A stretch of DNA of 64,000 nt from Planctomycetota bacterium (GTDB taxonomy: Bacteria; Planctomycetota; UBA1135; GCA-002686595). Positions 46,091 through 55,850 of the stretch are shown piece by piece; within the stretch, counting starts at the first letter, position 1; each line of letters starts with the position of its first letter. A program made the position numbers and the translations under genes. A model generated the notes under the pieces. That model was given only the letters and a program-made list of their open reading frames with translations. It was not told the origin of the DNA and made no database searches. Location: assembly GCA_002862085.1 (NCBI GenBank), contig PKCK01000075.1:1533-65532 (forward strand), given 5' to 3'.

Positions 46091-46342
46091 GGCGGGGCGA
46101 TCGGGGCCTTGGGAGCGGGTGGCGAAATGCCGCCCTCGGCCGGGATTCGCTCCCGTCTCGCCGACGGTTGCGCGTGCAGGCGTCGCCGACCGCCGGCCTC
46201 TCGTCCCTGGACGCAGCCACGGACAGCCGGGTGCGGCAGATCAGCGCGGCTCCTTGAGCGCTCGGGACCAGGTGGGGGTCCGCTGCGGCACGACGGGCGC
46301 TAACCTCGCCCGCCGGCGCCCGGAAGAGGACGCCTCGATTCC

Positions 46343-46753
46343 ATGGAGACACGAACAGGTGACCTCGGCCCCCTCCGCCCGCATCTGCACGAGGGCGCCT
46401 ACGCCTTCGCGCGGCGCGCCCATGGTCCAGGGCTGGACGGGCTCGCGGAGCTCGGCGTCGTGGCCACGATGTGGGAGGAGGAGGGCCTGACGCTCGTCCT
46501 GCCTCTCCAGCGAGCGCAGTCCGCCGGACTCGAGGTCCTCTTCGAGGCCGCCTGGATCACCCTGCAGGCCACCACGGCCCTCGACGCCGTCGGACTCACG
46601 GCGGCCTTCGCCACCGCGCTCGCAGAGCAGGGGATCTCATGCAACGTCATCGCCGGCGCGAGCCACGACCACGTCTTCGTGGACGAGGCCCGCGGTGAGG
46701 AGGCGCGGCAGATCCTCGCGGCCATCGAGTGGGGCGCGGCGGACGGGGCCTGA
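46343..46753 (+). CDS. ACT-domain protein (DUF2241/ACT_3-ACT_7 type)
   Basis: LRPHL..G.YAF; EEEGLTLV; WITL; LDAVGLTAAFATALAEQGISCNVIAGASHDHVFV. Confidence 0.85.
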   Translation: METRTGDLGPLRPHLHEGAYAFARRAHGPGLDGLAELGVVATMWEEEGLTLVLPLQRAQSAGLEVLFEAAWITLQATTALDAVGLTAAFATALAEQGISCNVIAGASHDHVFVDEARGEEARQILAAIEWGAADGA

Positions 46754-46774
46754 GAGCCGCGGCCGGTCAGCCCC

Positions 46775-49700
46775 TCAGATCCGGACGATCCCCACGCGGT
46801 CGTGGCCGAGGAGCTCACAGAGCTCGGTCGCGAACTCCTCGCTGATGGCGACGCCCTGCCCGCGGTTGGCCTTCACGCGGCGCGTCATGCCGTCGTCGCC
46901 CATGGTCTGGATGTAGAGCGGGCTCTCTCCGCGGTTGCGGTCGCAGGCTTCCTTGAGGGCTTCGAGCTTGACCCTGTCCCTCGGCTCGACGCGGAGCTCC
47001 AGTCCGCCGCGGAAGCGCGACAGCGCGTCGGACAGGGAGAACACATCGTCGAGCAGGATCGCGGGCTCGTCGCTGCCCTCCTCCAGCTTGCCCTTCACGA
47101 GCAGGACCGCGCCGTCCTCGATGATGTCGCGCGCGTCCGCGTAGGTCCGCGGGAAACAGGTGACGCTCACCGAACCCGAGAGGTCCTCGAGGCGGAAGCG
47201 GCACATCTTCGCGCCCGCCATCTTCCCGGACTTCACCACCAGCTCGGCCTTCTGGAGGACGAGGCCCGCGATCCGTACCTGACCGCCCCCGCTCTGGGAG
47301 AGCTCGTCGAGGTTCCGGATGGGGCAGGAACTCAGGAGCGACACGAGGCCCGCGCGTTCCTCGAGGGGATGCCCGGAGAGGTAGAAGCCGAGGACCTCGT
47401 GCTCGAGAGCGAGCACCTCGGCCTTGGGTAGATCGTGCCGCCGGTCGATGCCGTCGTTCTTGGGCGCGTCCGGCACCTCCTCCTCCGCGCCGCCGAAGGC
47501 GTCGAACATGGAGGACTGTCCGGAGCGGCGATCCTTGGCGAGCTGGCTCGCATCGCTCATCGCCGATTCGAGGGCGGCGAGCAGCGCGCCGCGGTTGTGA
47601 CCGAGTTCGTCGAATGCTCCCGCCTTGATGACGGCCTCCCACGCGATCCGGCCCATGTCGTGCGGGTCGACCGCCGTGATCATCTCGTGGAAGCCGAGCT
47701 CCTTGCCGTCCTCGAGCATCTTCTCCCGGGATCGGCACATGGCTTCGATGGCCGCACGCCCGGTCCCCTTCACCGCGCCGAAGCCGAAGCGGATCGCTTC
47801 GCCGCCGTCTGCGACGGGCTCGGGGACGAACTCCCACTCGGATGCGGTGGCGCTCGGCAGCAGGGTGCGGATGCCGGCCTTCTTCGCGTCGTCGATGAAG
47901 TCCTTGATCTTGTCCGAGTCGCTCATCTCGCACGAGAAGTTCGCGGCGAGGAAGTCCGTGCGGTGGTGGGCCTTGAGGTAGGCGGTCTGGTACGTGATCA
48001 GCGCGTAGGCCGCGGAGTGGGACTTGTTGAAGCCGTACCCGCCGAACTTGATGATGTTGTCCCAGGTCGTGCGCGCGGTCTCCTCGTCGCAGCCGTTGGC
48101 GACGGCGCCCTCGATGAATTGCGCCGAGAACTTCTGCATGATCTCGGGCTTCTTCTTGCCCATCGCCTTGCGCAGGTTGTCGGCGTCGTTGAGGGAGAAG
48201 CCGGACAGGTCCACGGACGCGAGCATGACCTGCTCCTGATAGACGAGGCAGCCGTAGGTGCTCTCGAGGATCGGAACCAGACTCTCGTGGGGGTAGGCGA
48301 TCTCCTCGCGGCCGTGCTTGCGATCGACGAACATGTCGACCATTCCCGATTCGAGCGGGCCTGGCCGGTAGAGCGCGAGCACGGCGATCACGTCGTCGAA
48401 GCAGTCGGGCTTCAGCCGCGCGAGCAGCTTGCGCATGCCCTCGGATTCGAGCTGGAACACGCCGAGCGTATCGCCCGCCATGAGGAGCTCGAAGACCTCC
48501 GGGTCGTCCAGCGGAAGGTCGTCCATCACCGGCGGCTCCAGGCCGCGGCGCCGGATGTTCTCCAGGCACTTGTCGATGATCGTGAGCGTCCGCAGCCCCA
48601 GATAGTCCATCTTGAGGAGGCCGAGCTCCTCGAGCTGTGGGGCGGGGAACTGGGTCGTGATGTCGTCTCCGTTCCGGCCGAGGGGCACGAAGTCCACGGT
48701 GGGTCCCGGCGTGATCACGACGCCTGCCGCGTGGGTGGACACGTGGCGCGCGATGCCTTCGAGGGGGATGGAGTACTGGAAGAGCTCCTTCCACTCGGGG
48801 CCCAGGTCCTTGTACGCCTGAAGATCCGGGTCCTCGTCGATCGCCTTCGCGAGGGGCGGCGCGCCCGGGCCCGCGGGGATCTTCTTGGAGATCTTGTTGA
48901 TCTCCGAGAGCGGCAGATCGAGTGCCCGGCCCACGTCGCGCACCACGGTTCGCGACGCCATGGTCCCGAAGGTCACGATCTGGGTGACGCAGTCGCGCCC
49001 GTACCTCTGACGCGTGTACTCGATGACCCGCTCGCGGCCGTCCTTGCAGAAGTCGATGTCGATGTCCGGCATCGACACGCGGCTGGAGTTCAGGAATCGC
49101 TCGAAGAGCAGGTCGTACTTCAGGGGGCACAGCCGCGTGATGTCGAGCAGGTACGCGACGATCGAGCCGGCCGCGGATCCCCGGCCCGGCCCCACGGAGA
49201 TCCCGTTGTCGCGTGACCACTTGATGAGGTCCCAGACGATCAGGAAGTACGACACGAAGCCGAGGTCGCGGATGACCTTCTTCTCGTGCTCGAGGCGCTC
49301 GCGTGCCGCCGAGTTCTCCGCCCCGTAGAGCGCGTGGAGACGCTCGTCGAGGAGACGGTCGAAGAGCGCGTCCGGCGACTCACCGGTGTCCGGGACGAAC
49401 TCAGGCACGTGGTACTTGCCGAAGGTCAGTTCGACGTTGATCTGCTCCGCGACGTCCATGGTCGCGGTGATCGACTTCGGCAGGTCCCGGAACATGTGCC
49501 CCATCTCCGCGCGTGACGTGAAGAAGAGGCTGTCGGTCTCGAACTTGAAGCGGTTCTGATCCGCCTTCTTCGCGCCGGTGTTGATGCACAGCAGCACGTC
49601 CTGGGCGTGGCAGTCCTCCGCGCGCAGGTAGTGGATGTCGTTGGTCGCGACCAGCGGGATACCCGTGCGCTCGTGCATACGCACGAGGTTCTCGTTGGCG

Positions 49701-50263
49701 TCGGCCTGGATCGTGAGGCCGTTGCGCTGGAGCTCGAGCCAGAAGTGATCCTTGCCGAAGAGATCGCGCAGGTCGGTGGCCCAGTCCTCGGCCTCGGAGA
49801 CCTTGCCCGCGCGCGTGAGCTGGTTGATCTCGCCGGCCAGGCACCCGGAGAGGCACGAGATGCCTGCCGAGTGCTGACGCAGCAGATCCATGTCGATCCG
49901 CGGCTTGAAGTGGTACCCGTCGACGTATCCCGCGCTCGTGAGCTTGACGAGGTTCTTGTAGCCCTCGTTCGTGCGCGCAAGCAGCGTGAGGTGGCTGTAC
50001 CCGTTGCCGTTCTTCTTCGAGTGCTTCTCGTGCATCGACCGCTTGGCGATGTACACCTCGCAGCCGAGCAGCGGCTTGATCCCGCCCTTCGTGGCCTTCT
50101 GGTACAGCTCGATGGCGCCGTACATGTTCCCGTGGTCCGTGAGGGCCAGGGCGTTCTGACCGTCCTGCTGGCAGGCCTTCACGAGGTCGCTGATCCGATT
50201 CGCGCCGTCGAGCAGGCTGTACTCGCTGTGGACGTGGAGGTGGCAGAAGTCGGGTGCAGCCAT
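46775..50263 (-). CDS. dnaE: DNA polymerase III alpha subunit
   Basis: PHP motifs HLHVHSEYSLLDG, TDHGN and TNDIHY; GPGRGSAAGS; SMPDIDIDF; YGFNKSHS; OB fold. Confidence 0.98.
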   Translation of the reverse strand: MAAPDFCHLHVHSEYSLLDGANRISDLVKACQQDGQNALALTDHGNMYGAIELYQKATKGGIKPLLGCEVYIAKRSMHEKHSKKNGNGYSHLTLLARTNEGYKNLVKLTSAGYVDGYHFKPRIDMDLLRQHSAGISCLSGCLAGEINQLTRAGKVSEAEDWATDLRDLFGKDHFWLELQRNGLTIQADANENLVRMHERTGIPLVATNDIHYLRAEDCHAQDVLLCINTGAKKADQNRFKFETDSLFFTSRAEMGHMFRDLPKSITATMDVAEQINVELTFGKYHVPEFVPDTGESPDALFDRLLDERLHALYGAENSAARERLEHEKKVIRDLGFVSYFLIVWDLIKWSRDNGISVGPGRGSAAGSIVAYLLDITRLCPLKYDLLFERFLNSSRVSMPDIDIDFCKDGRERVIEYTRQRYGRDCVTQIVTFGTMASRTVVRDVGRALDLPLSEINKISKKIPAGPGAPPLAKAIDEDPDLQAYKDLGPEWKELFQYSIPLEGIARHVSTHAAGVVITPGPTVDFVPLGRNGDDITTQFPAPQLEELGLLKMDYLGLRTLTIIDKCLENIRRRGLEPPVMDDLPLDDPEVFELLMAGDTLGVFQLESEGMRKLLARLKPDCFDDVIAVLALYRPGPLESGMVDMFVDRKHGREEIAYPHESLVPILESTYGCLVYQEQVMLASVDLSGFSLNDADNLRKAMGKKKPEIMQKFSAQFIEGAVANGCDEETARTTWDNIIKFGGYGFNKSHSAAYALITYQTAYLKAHHRTDFLAANFSCEMSDSDKIKDFIDDAKKAGIRTLLPSATASEWEFVPEPVADGGEAIRFGFGAVKGTGRAAIEAMCRSREKMLEDGKELGFHEMITAVDPHDMGRIAWEAVIKAGAFDELGHNRGALLAALESAMSDASQLAKDRRSGQSSMFDAFGGAEEEVPDAPKNDGIDRRHDLPKAEVLALEHEVLGFYLSGHPLEERAGLVSLLSSCPIRNLDELSQSGGGQVRIAGLVLQKAELVVKSGKMAGAKMCRFRLEDLSGSVSVTCFPRTYADARDIIEDGAVLLVKGKLEEGSDEPAILLDDVFSLSDALSRFRGGLELRVEPRDRVKLEALKEACDRNRGESPLYIQTMGDDGMTRRVKANRGQGVAISEEFATELCELLGHDRVGIVRI

Positions 50264-50458
50264 GGTGATGGGTCCTCGGCGGAGCGCGCGACGTCTCCAG
50301 GGGGGGGACGCGGCGAACGAGTGCGGTGGAGGGGCCGAGCCGGGTTCCGGGCGTACGTGTGCAGGAGCCGCGAAGCGTCTCCTTCGAGAGGGAGCGCCCC
50401 CGGGGGGGGCAACTCGGTGGAAGCGATGGACGGTGCGCCGCGGGGAGCGGCGGCACCG

Positions 50459-51496
50459 TCAGGTGCGCATCAGGAGCGACAGGAGCCCCTTCTGGGTGGG
50501 GAGCCGGTTCGCCGCCTGGGCGAGCACCAGACTACGTGGTCCGTCGAGAACCGAGTCGGTGACCTCGAGGTTCCTGCGGATCGGCATGGCGTGCATGAAG
50601 TGCGCGTCTTCGCCGCGCTTCATGACCGACTCGTCCACGAGCCACTCGCGCGTGCTGGCTGCTCTGTGCGCGGAGAGGGTCTTGTTGCCGTAGTTCTCGA
50701 GGGACGACCAGGAGCGCGCGTAGACGACGTGAGCGCCGGTCGCGGCCTCCGCGGTGCTCGGCGCCTCCGTGAGGCTGCCCGACCCCTCGGACACCAGGCC
50801 GCGCGCTTCGCTCATGACGCCGCCATCGAGCTCGTGACCGCGCGGGTGCGCGAGCCGGACGTCCATCCCGGCGCGCAGGCTCGCGAGGAGCAGCGAGTGG
50901 ACGATCGCGGGGCTCGACGGCGTGGGGGAGGGCGTCCAGCAGATCGCCAGCCTCTTGCCGCGCAGGTCCTGGCCGAAGGTCTCGCGGAGGGTGAGCAGGT
51001 CCGCGAGCGTCTGGAGCGGATGCCACAGCGTGCTCTCCATGTTGATGACCGGCACGGTCGCGTGCGTCGCCCAAGAGCGGATGCTCTCGTCGCGCCGATC
51101 GACCTCCCAGGCACGACCCCCGGGCCGGGGCCGGATCGCGATGGCGTCGCAGTAGTTCGAGAGCACCGCGGCCGCGTCGCGGACGTGCTCCGCGGCGTTG
51201 CCGTCCATCACCACGCCGTCGCGAGCCTCGAGGTCCCAGAAATCGGAGTCGGCGTTCAGGTGGACGCCGTGTCCGCCGAGCTGCTGGACCGCGACCTCGA
51301 AGGAGGTGCGCGTCCGGAGCGAGCCGCGGAAGAAGAGGAAGCCGACCGATCGGCCCTCGAGCTCGCGGCGAGATGCTCCGGCCTTGAAACGCTCGGCCAG
51401 GTCGAGGACGTCCCCGACGCGGCTTCCGCTGAGGTCGGAGAGGCGGATCAGGCTCTGGCCGTTGGCCGAGGAATCGTGGGCGCGGGAACCGTTCAC
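50459..51496 (-). CDS. argF: N-acyl-ornithine carbamoyltransferase (ArgF', AOTCase/SOTCase family)
   Basis: SLRTRTSFE, W.LE...GVVMDG..EH, VPVINME...HPLQ, VVYARSW and PIRRNLEVTDSVLD are colinear with Xanthomonas/Bacteroides ArgF'. GTG 51496 is preceded by TACGAT. Confidence 0.85.
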   Translation of the reverse strand: MNGSRAHDSSANGQSLIRLSDLSGSRVGDVLDLAERFKAGASRRELEGRSVGFLFFRGSLRTRTSFEVAVQQLGGHGVHLNADSDFWDLEARDGVVMDGNAAEHVRDAAAVLSNYCDAIAIRPRPGGRAWEVDRRDESIRSWATHATVPVINMESTLWHPLQTLADLLTLRETFGQDLRGKRLAICWTPSPTPSSPAIVHSLLLASLRAGMDVRLAHPRGHELDGGVMSEARGLVSEGSGSLTEAPSTAEAATGAHVVYARSWSSLENYGNKTLSAHRAASTREWLVDESVMKRGEDAHFMHAMPIRRNLEVTDSVLDGPRSLVLAQAANRLPTQKGLLSLLMRT

Positions 51497-51607
51497 GGAG
51501 GTGATCGTAGCGGTTCGAGGGGGGGGGCCGGAACCGCCGGGAGGGCTCCATCTGGAAGGAGCCCATGGGGGGGCGGAACGGGGGCTGAAGGAAGCCCCAT
51601 CGTCCGC

Positions 51608-51636
51608 TTGACCTCCCCCTTGCCCGCCGCTACAAC
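51608..51636 (+). promoter_or_regulatory. sigma70 promoter of the tRNA-Arg-tadA cluster
   Basis: TTGACC (51608-51613), 17-nt spacer, TACAAC (51631-51636), ending 13 nt before the tRNA. Confidence 0.7.
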
Positions 51637-51649
51637 GTCGCGCCCAATC

Positions 51650-51726
51650 GCACCCGTAGCTCAACTGGATAGAGCACCTGACTACGGATCAGGAGGTTAG
51701 AGGTTCGAATCCTCTCGGGTGTACCA
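51650..51726 (+). tRNA. tRNA-Arg(ACG)
   Basis: Acceptor stem GCACCCG/CGGGTGT, anticodon stem CCTGA/TCAGG with loop CTACGGA, GTTCGAATC, CCA. Confidence 0.97.
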
Positions 51727-51890
51727 CCCCCTGTTCCCGGGGCCTGCTCGGGCGCCGTGGGGGCGGCTCGGTTTCCCCCGCGATCTTCGCGGGCCGACCC
51801 AGGCCGGGGCTGGCCCGGCATCCGCCGGACCCGAACGCTCTCGGCGGGCTCGAACAGGCGAATCCTCTCGAACTCCGTCGCTGACAACCC

Positions 51891-52442
51891 GTGATGGACG
51901 ACGCGAAACGCGACGAATCGAGAATCGAGCTCGCCGCTCTGCGGCAGGAACTCGAAGACCGCGCGGGGATGGCTCTCGCCCTGGCGCTGGCCGAGGAGGC
52001 CGAGCGGGCGGACGAGGTGCCGATCGGTGCGGTGGTGGTGCGCGACGGGGTCCTGCTGGGCGCTGCTCGCAACGAGTGCCGCGGCCGCCGCGAGGGCACA
52101 GCGCACGCGGAGCTGATCGCCCTCGGCGAGGCCTTCCGGCGGACCGGCGACATGCGCCTCCCCGGCGCCACCGTGTACACGACGGTGGAGCCCTGCTTCA
52201 TGTGCGCTGGCGCCCTGAGCCACGCCCGGGTCAGCCGGGTGGTCTGGGCCGTGCGCGATCCGAAGTTCGGGGGCTGCGCCTCTCTCGGCGAGGTGCTCAC
52301 CGATCCCCGGCTCAATCACCGGGCCGAGATCGCGGAGGGCGTTCACTCGGAGGAGGCGAGCGACAGGCTCAAGGCCTTCTTCCGCGCGAAGCGGAGTCCA
52401 TCAAGACGAACGAACACAGGGCCGGACGGCGCGCCCGGGTGA
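51891..52442 (+). CDS. tadA: tRNA adenosine(34) deaminase
   Basis: EVPIGAVVV; AHAE; TVEPCFMCAGAL; DPKFG. Confidence 0.94.
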   Translation: MMDDAKRDESRIELAALRQELEDRAGMALALALAEEAERADEVPIGAVVVRDGVLLGAARNECRGRREGTAHAELIALGEAFRRTGDMRLPGATVYTTVEPCFMCAGALSHARVSRVVWAVRDPKFGGCASLGEVLTDPRLNHRAEIAEGVHSEEASDRLKAFFRAKRSPSRRTNTGPDGAPG

Positions 52443-52489
52443 GCTCGATGGGGCTCACGCGAGCCACCGGACCTGTCGAGCGATCGAGC

Positions 52490-52580
<91 letters not shown>

Positions 52581-52706
52581 TTGCTCGCGCGCGCGGCCCT
52601 CACGGCTGGCGGCCCTGCGAGGCGGCTCCATCCGCGCCCGGAGCACGTGCTCCGCGTTCGTTCGTCCACAGAATCAACCGGGCGCCAGCATGGTGTCCCG
52701 GTGGGT

Positions 52707-52794
<88 letters not shown>

Positions 52795-52860
52795 CTCCTT
52801 CATCTCCTGCGGGGGCGAGCGGCGGCGGCTCGCGCGCCTTCGCTCCGAGCGCGCGACGAT

Positions 52861-52957
52861 GGGTCCGGTCCCACGCGATGGTGCGGTTCCGAACCGGGTC
52901 AGGCCGGGAACGGAGCAGCCCTAAGGTCCTCGTACCAGGCGCGAGGTGCCCGGGCCC
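52861..52957 (+). ncRNA. ffs: signal recognition particle RNA (4.5S)
   Basis: Helix-8 signature GGTCAGG-CCG-GGAA-CGG-AGCAGCC; closing stem GGGTCCGG/CCGGGCCC; canonical position before dnaX. Confidence 0.9.
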
Positions 52958-53070
52958 TTCGGCGCGCGCTCGGTCCTTCCCGGGGCCGCCGACGCCTCAG
53001 CGACATCCGCAGTGCGTTGATGCCCTGCGCGTCGCGCGATCCCCCGGGTTGGGCGCTATCCTGGGGCCGC

Positions 53071-54819
53071 ATGTCGTACCTCGTTCTCGCGCGGAAGTAC
53101 CGGCCCAAGACCTTCTCGGAGGTCGCTGGCCAGGACGTGGTGACGCGGACCCTGCGCGGAGCCATCGCCGAGGGGCGCGTCGGGCACGCCTACATGTTCT
53201 TCGGCCCACGCGGCACCGGTAAGACGACCTCGGCGCGCCTGTTCGCGAAGGCGCTGAACTGCGAGAACGGGCCTGCTGCGGAGCCCTGCGGCGTCTGCGA
53301 GCGCTGCCTCAGCCATGACGCTGGCACGGAACCGGACCTGATCGAGATCGACGCGGCCTCCAACACCGGCGTCGAGCACGTCCGGTCCCTCCGGGACCAG
53401 GCGGGCTACGTGCCCCTGAAGGCGCGCTTCAAGATCTTCCTCGTGGACGAGGTCCACATGCTCTCCAAGCCGGCGTTCAACGCGCTGTTGAAGACGCTCG
53501 AGGAGCCGCCGCCCCACGTGAAGTTCCTCTTCGCGACGACGGAGCTGCACAAGGTCCCCGACACCGTCGCGTCGCGCTGTCAGGTCCTGCGCCTCTCACC
53601 GCTCACGGAGGAGCAGATCCGATCGCGCCTCGACGAGGTGTTCGAGCTGGAGGGGATCGAGGCCGAGCACGGGGTCACCGCCGAGATCGCACGGCGCGCA
53701 CGCGGCGGGATGCGTGATGCCCTGTCCCTCGCGGATCAGCTCCTGGCGCTCGTCGGCCGCGCGCCGAGGGTCGCCGACACCGCGCGCCTCGCCGGAGAGG
53801 GTTCCGCCGACGCGATCGAGGCGATGCTCGACGCGATCCTCGCCAGCGACAGGCCGCGCCTGCTCGCGGCGCTCCCCGGCCGCCAAGGCGACGAGGCGGC
53901 CTTCCTCGACGCGACCCTCGACTACCTGCGCGGAGCGATGCTCCTGCGCCTCGTCGGTGAGGACGCGCCGATGCTCGCCGAGCAGGCGAGCCCCGAGGTC
54001 AAGGCCCGCATGATCGAGCGCGCCTCGGCGTTCGGCGCAGAGCGGCTCGAACTCGTCCTGCAGGAGCTGCTCCACGCGCGCGAGCGCATGGGGCCGATCC
54101 ACATGCGGGCGCACGCCCGGCTGATCCTCGAGACGACGCTGCTCGACCTGTGCGCGCCCGAGGCGACCATGCCGCTTCCCGAACTGATCAAGCGCCTGGA
54201 GGCGCTCGAGCAGCGGGCCGGCGGGGCGCCCCAGGTCCAGTCCGGCTCCCGGCCCCGCGAGCGCCGGCCCGAGCCGCGCCCCGCGGCGCCCGACCCTGCG
54301 CCAGCGTCCGCGCCGGCGGCGTCGCCGAAGCCGCAGGCGGAGCGCCCCAGGACAGAGGCCCCCACCCCGGAACCAGAGCGCTCGATCACACCGCCGGCGC
54401 CTCCTGCCAGTGGCGCAGCGCGCAAGGCGCCGCGGTCCACCCCGGACGGGGGCCCGGGCGCGGTCGGGGGGGCTCCGGAGGCCCAGCCGGTCCATACGAA
54501 CAGCACGCAAGACCTCTGGAACGCGTTCCTGGACGAGCTGGCGCGGCGCTCGGCGCCCCTGGCGCAGATCACCGCGAAGCGCGCGCGGCTGGTCCGCGGC
54601 GCGGCCGGCGTGGTGCCCCTCGGGTACCGCGGACTGACGGAGCGCGAGCAGGGCCTCCTGGAGAGTCCCGACGGTCACCGCGCGCTGACCGAGGCGTTCG
54701 CGGCCGTTCACGCCGGCGGGCTTCGCCTGAAGGTGGAGATCCACGGAGCCGGACGGGGCGCGGGTGACGCGTTCACCGAGGAGGTCCGCGCCCTCTTCGA
54801 CGGGAAGATCGAGGGCTGA
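53071..54819 (+). CDS. dnaX: DNA polymerase III subunit gamma/tau
   Basis: MSYLVLARKYRP; GPRGTGKTT; Zn module PCGVCERC; DEVHMLS; SRC; GGMRDALS. ATG 53071. Confidence 0.97.
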   Translation: MSYLVLARKYRPKTFSEVAGQDVVTRTLRGAIAEGRVGHAYMFFGPRGTGKTTSARLFAKALNCENGPAAEPCGVCERCLSHDAGTEPDLIEIDAASNTGVEHVRSLRDQAGYVPLKARFKIFLVDEVHMLSKPAFNALLKTLEEPPPHVKFLFATTELHKVPDTVASRCQVLRLSPLTEEQIRSRLDEVFELEGIEAEHGVTAEIARRARGGMRDALSLADQLLALVGRAPRVADTARLAGEGSADAIEAMLDAILASDRPRLLAALPGRQGDEAAFLDATLDYLRGAMLLRLVGEDAPMLAEQASPEVKARMIERASAFGAERLELVLQELLHARERMGPIHMRAHARLILETTLLDLCAPEATMPLPELIKRLEALEQRAGGAPQVQSGSRPRERRPEPRPAAPDPAPASAPAASPKPQAERPRTEAPTPEPERSITPPAPPASGAARKAPRSTPDGGPGAVGGAPEAQPVHTNSTQDLWNAFLDELARRSAPLAQITAKRARLVRGAAGVVPLGYRGLTEREQGLLESPDGHRALTEAFAAVHAGGLRLKVEIHGAGRGAGDAFTEEVRALFDGKIEG

Positions 54820-54895
54820 ACGAACAGCCCCGACGATCGGTTAGGGTCGCACGGGGCCGGTCCACGAACCCAGGACGAAGCGGCCAGGACGAAAC

Positions 54896-55219
54896 ATGAG
54901 CGGAAGCAGCGGAGACCTCGGCAACATCCTCGCCCAGGCGCAAAAGATGCAGAAGGCCCTCGAGGAGGCCCGCGCGGAGCTGCGCGACGCGCGCATCGAC
55001 GGCACGGCCGGAGGCGGCGTCGTCAGCGCCACCGTCGACGGGATGGGGGACGTGGTGGGCATGCGTTTCGCGGAAGAGGCCGCGAAGGGCGGGGACGCCG
55101 GCATGCTCGAGGACCTCGCCGTGGCGGCCCTCAAGGACGCTCAGGCGCGGGCCAAGCGAAGCCACGACCAGCGAATGGCCAAGGTGACCGGCGGGATGAA
55201 CCTGCCGGGCCTTTTCTGA
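54896..55219 (+). CDS. ybaB: YbaB/EbfC nucleoid-associated protein
   Basis: AQKMQ; GTAGGGVV; MLEDL..AALKDA; GGMNLPGLF; located between dnaX and recR. Confidence 0.93.
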   Translation: MSGSSGDLGNILAQAQKMQKALEEARAELRDARIDGTAGGGVVSATVDGMGDVVGMRFAEEAAKGGDAGMLEDLAVAALKDAQARAKRSHDQRMAKVTGGMNLPGLF

Positions 55220-55232
55220 GGCGCCGCAGGCC

Positions 55233-55844
55233 GTGTCCTACCCGCCGCCCGTCGAGGAGCTGGTCGAGGCCTTCGAGGCCCTTCCCGGCATCGGTCGCGT
55301 CAGCGCCGAGCGCCTCACCTTCCACGTCCTGCGGGACGCCCGTTCCGGAGGCTCGCTGCGCGACGCCCTCGCCCGCTGCCTCGCCGAGGCGCGGCGCTGC
55401 GTCGAGTGCGGCAACGTGAGCGAGGGTGATCTCTGCCCCGTCTGCAGTGACGACGAGCGCGACGCGACGACGATCGCGGTGGTCGAGGAGCCGCGGCACG
55501 TCGAGTCCCTCGAGCGCGCGGGCGTCTTCAGTGGCCGCTACCACGTCCTCATGGGGGCGCTGAATCCGGCCGACGGGACCGAGGAGCGGCACCTGTCGAT
55601 CGGCGCCCTCGTCGAGCGCGTCCGGAAGGGCGGCGTGACGGAGGTCATCCTCGCCACCGATCCCGACAAGGAGGGTGAGGCGACCGCGCTCCTCGTCCTG
55701 GAGGCGCTCGAGTCCGCGGGACTCCCCGACCTGCGCGTCACCCGCCTCGCCCGGGGGCTCCCGGCAGGCAGCGCGATCGAGTACCTGCACAAGGGCGTGC
55801 TGGAGGACGCGCTCGAGGATCGCCGGCAGGTCCGGCGGCGCTGA
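55233..55844 (+). CDS. recR: recombination protein RecR
   Basis: LPGIGRVSAERL; C4 Zn finger; TOPRIM ILATDPDKEGEATA; LARGLPAG. Confidence 0.97.
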   Translation: MSYPPPVEELVEAFEALPGIGRVSAERLTFHVLRDARSGGSLRDALARCLAEARRCVECGNVSEGDLCPVCSDDERDATTIAVVEEPRHVESLERAGVFSGRYHVLMGALNPADGTEERHLSIGALVERVRKGGVTEVILATDPDKEGEATALLVLEALESAGLPDLRVTRLARGLPAGSAIEYLHKGVLEDALEDRRQVRRR

Positions 55845-55850
55845 GCCGGG

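Noticed and set aside
53071-54819. Possible programmed frameshift in dnaX producing the gamma subunit
   Set aside because: No A-AAA-AAG or poly-A/T slippery run was seen in the gene; only a Pro/Ala-rich linker is present.
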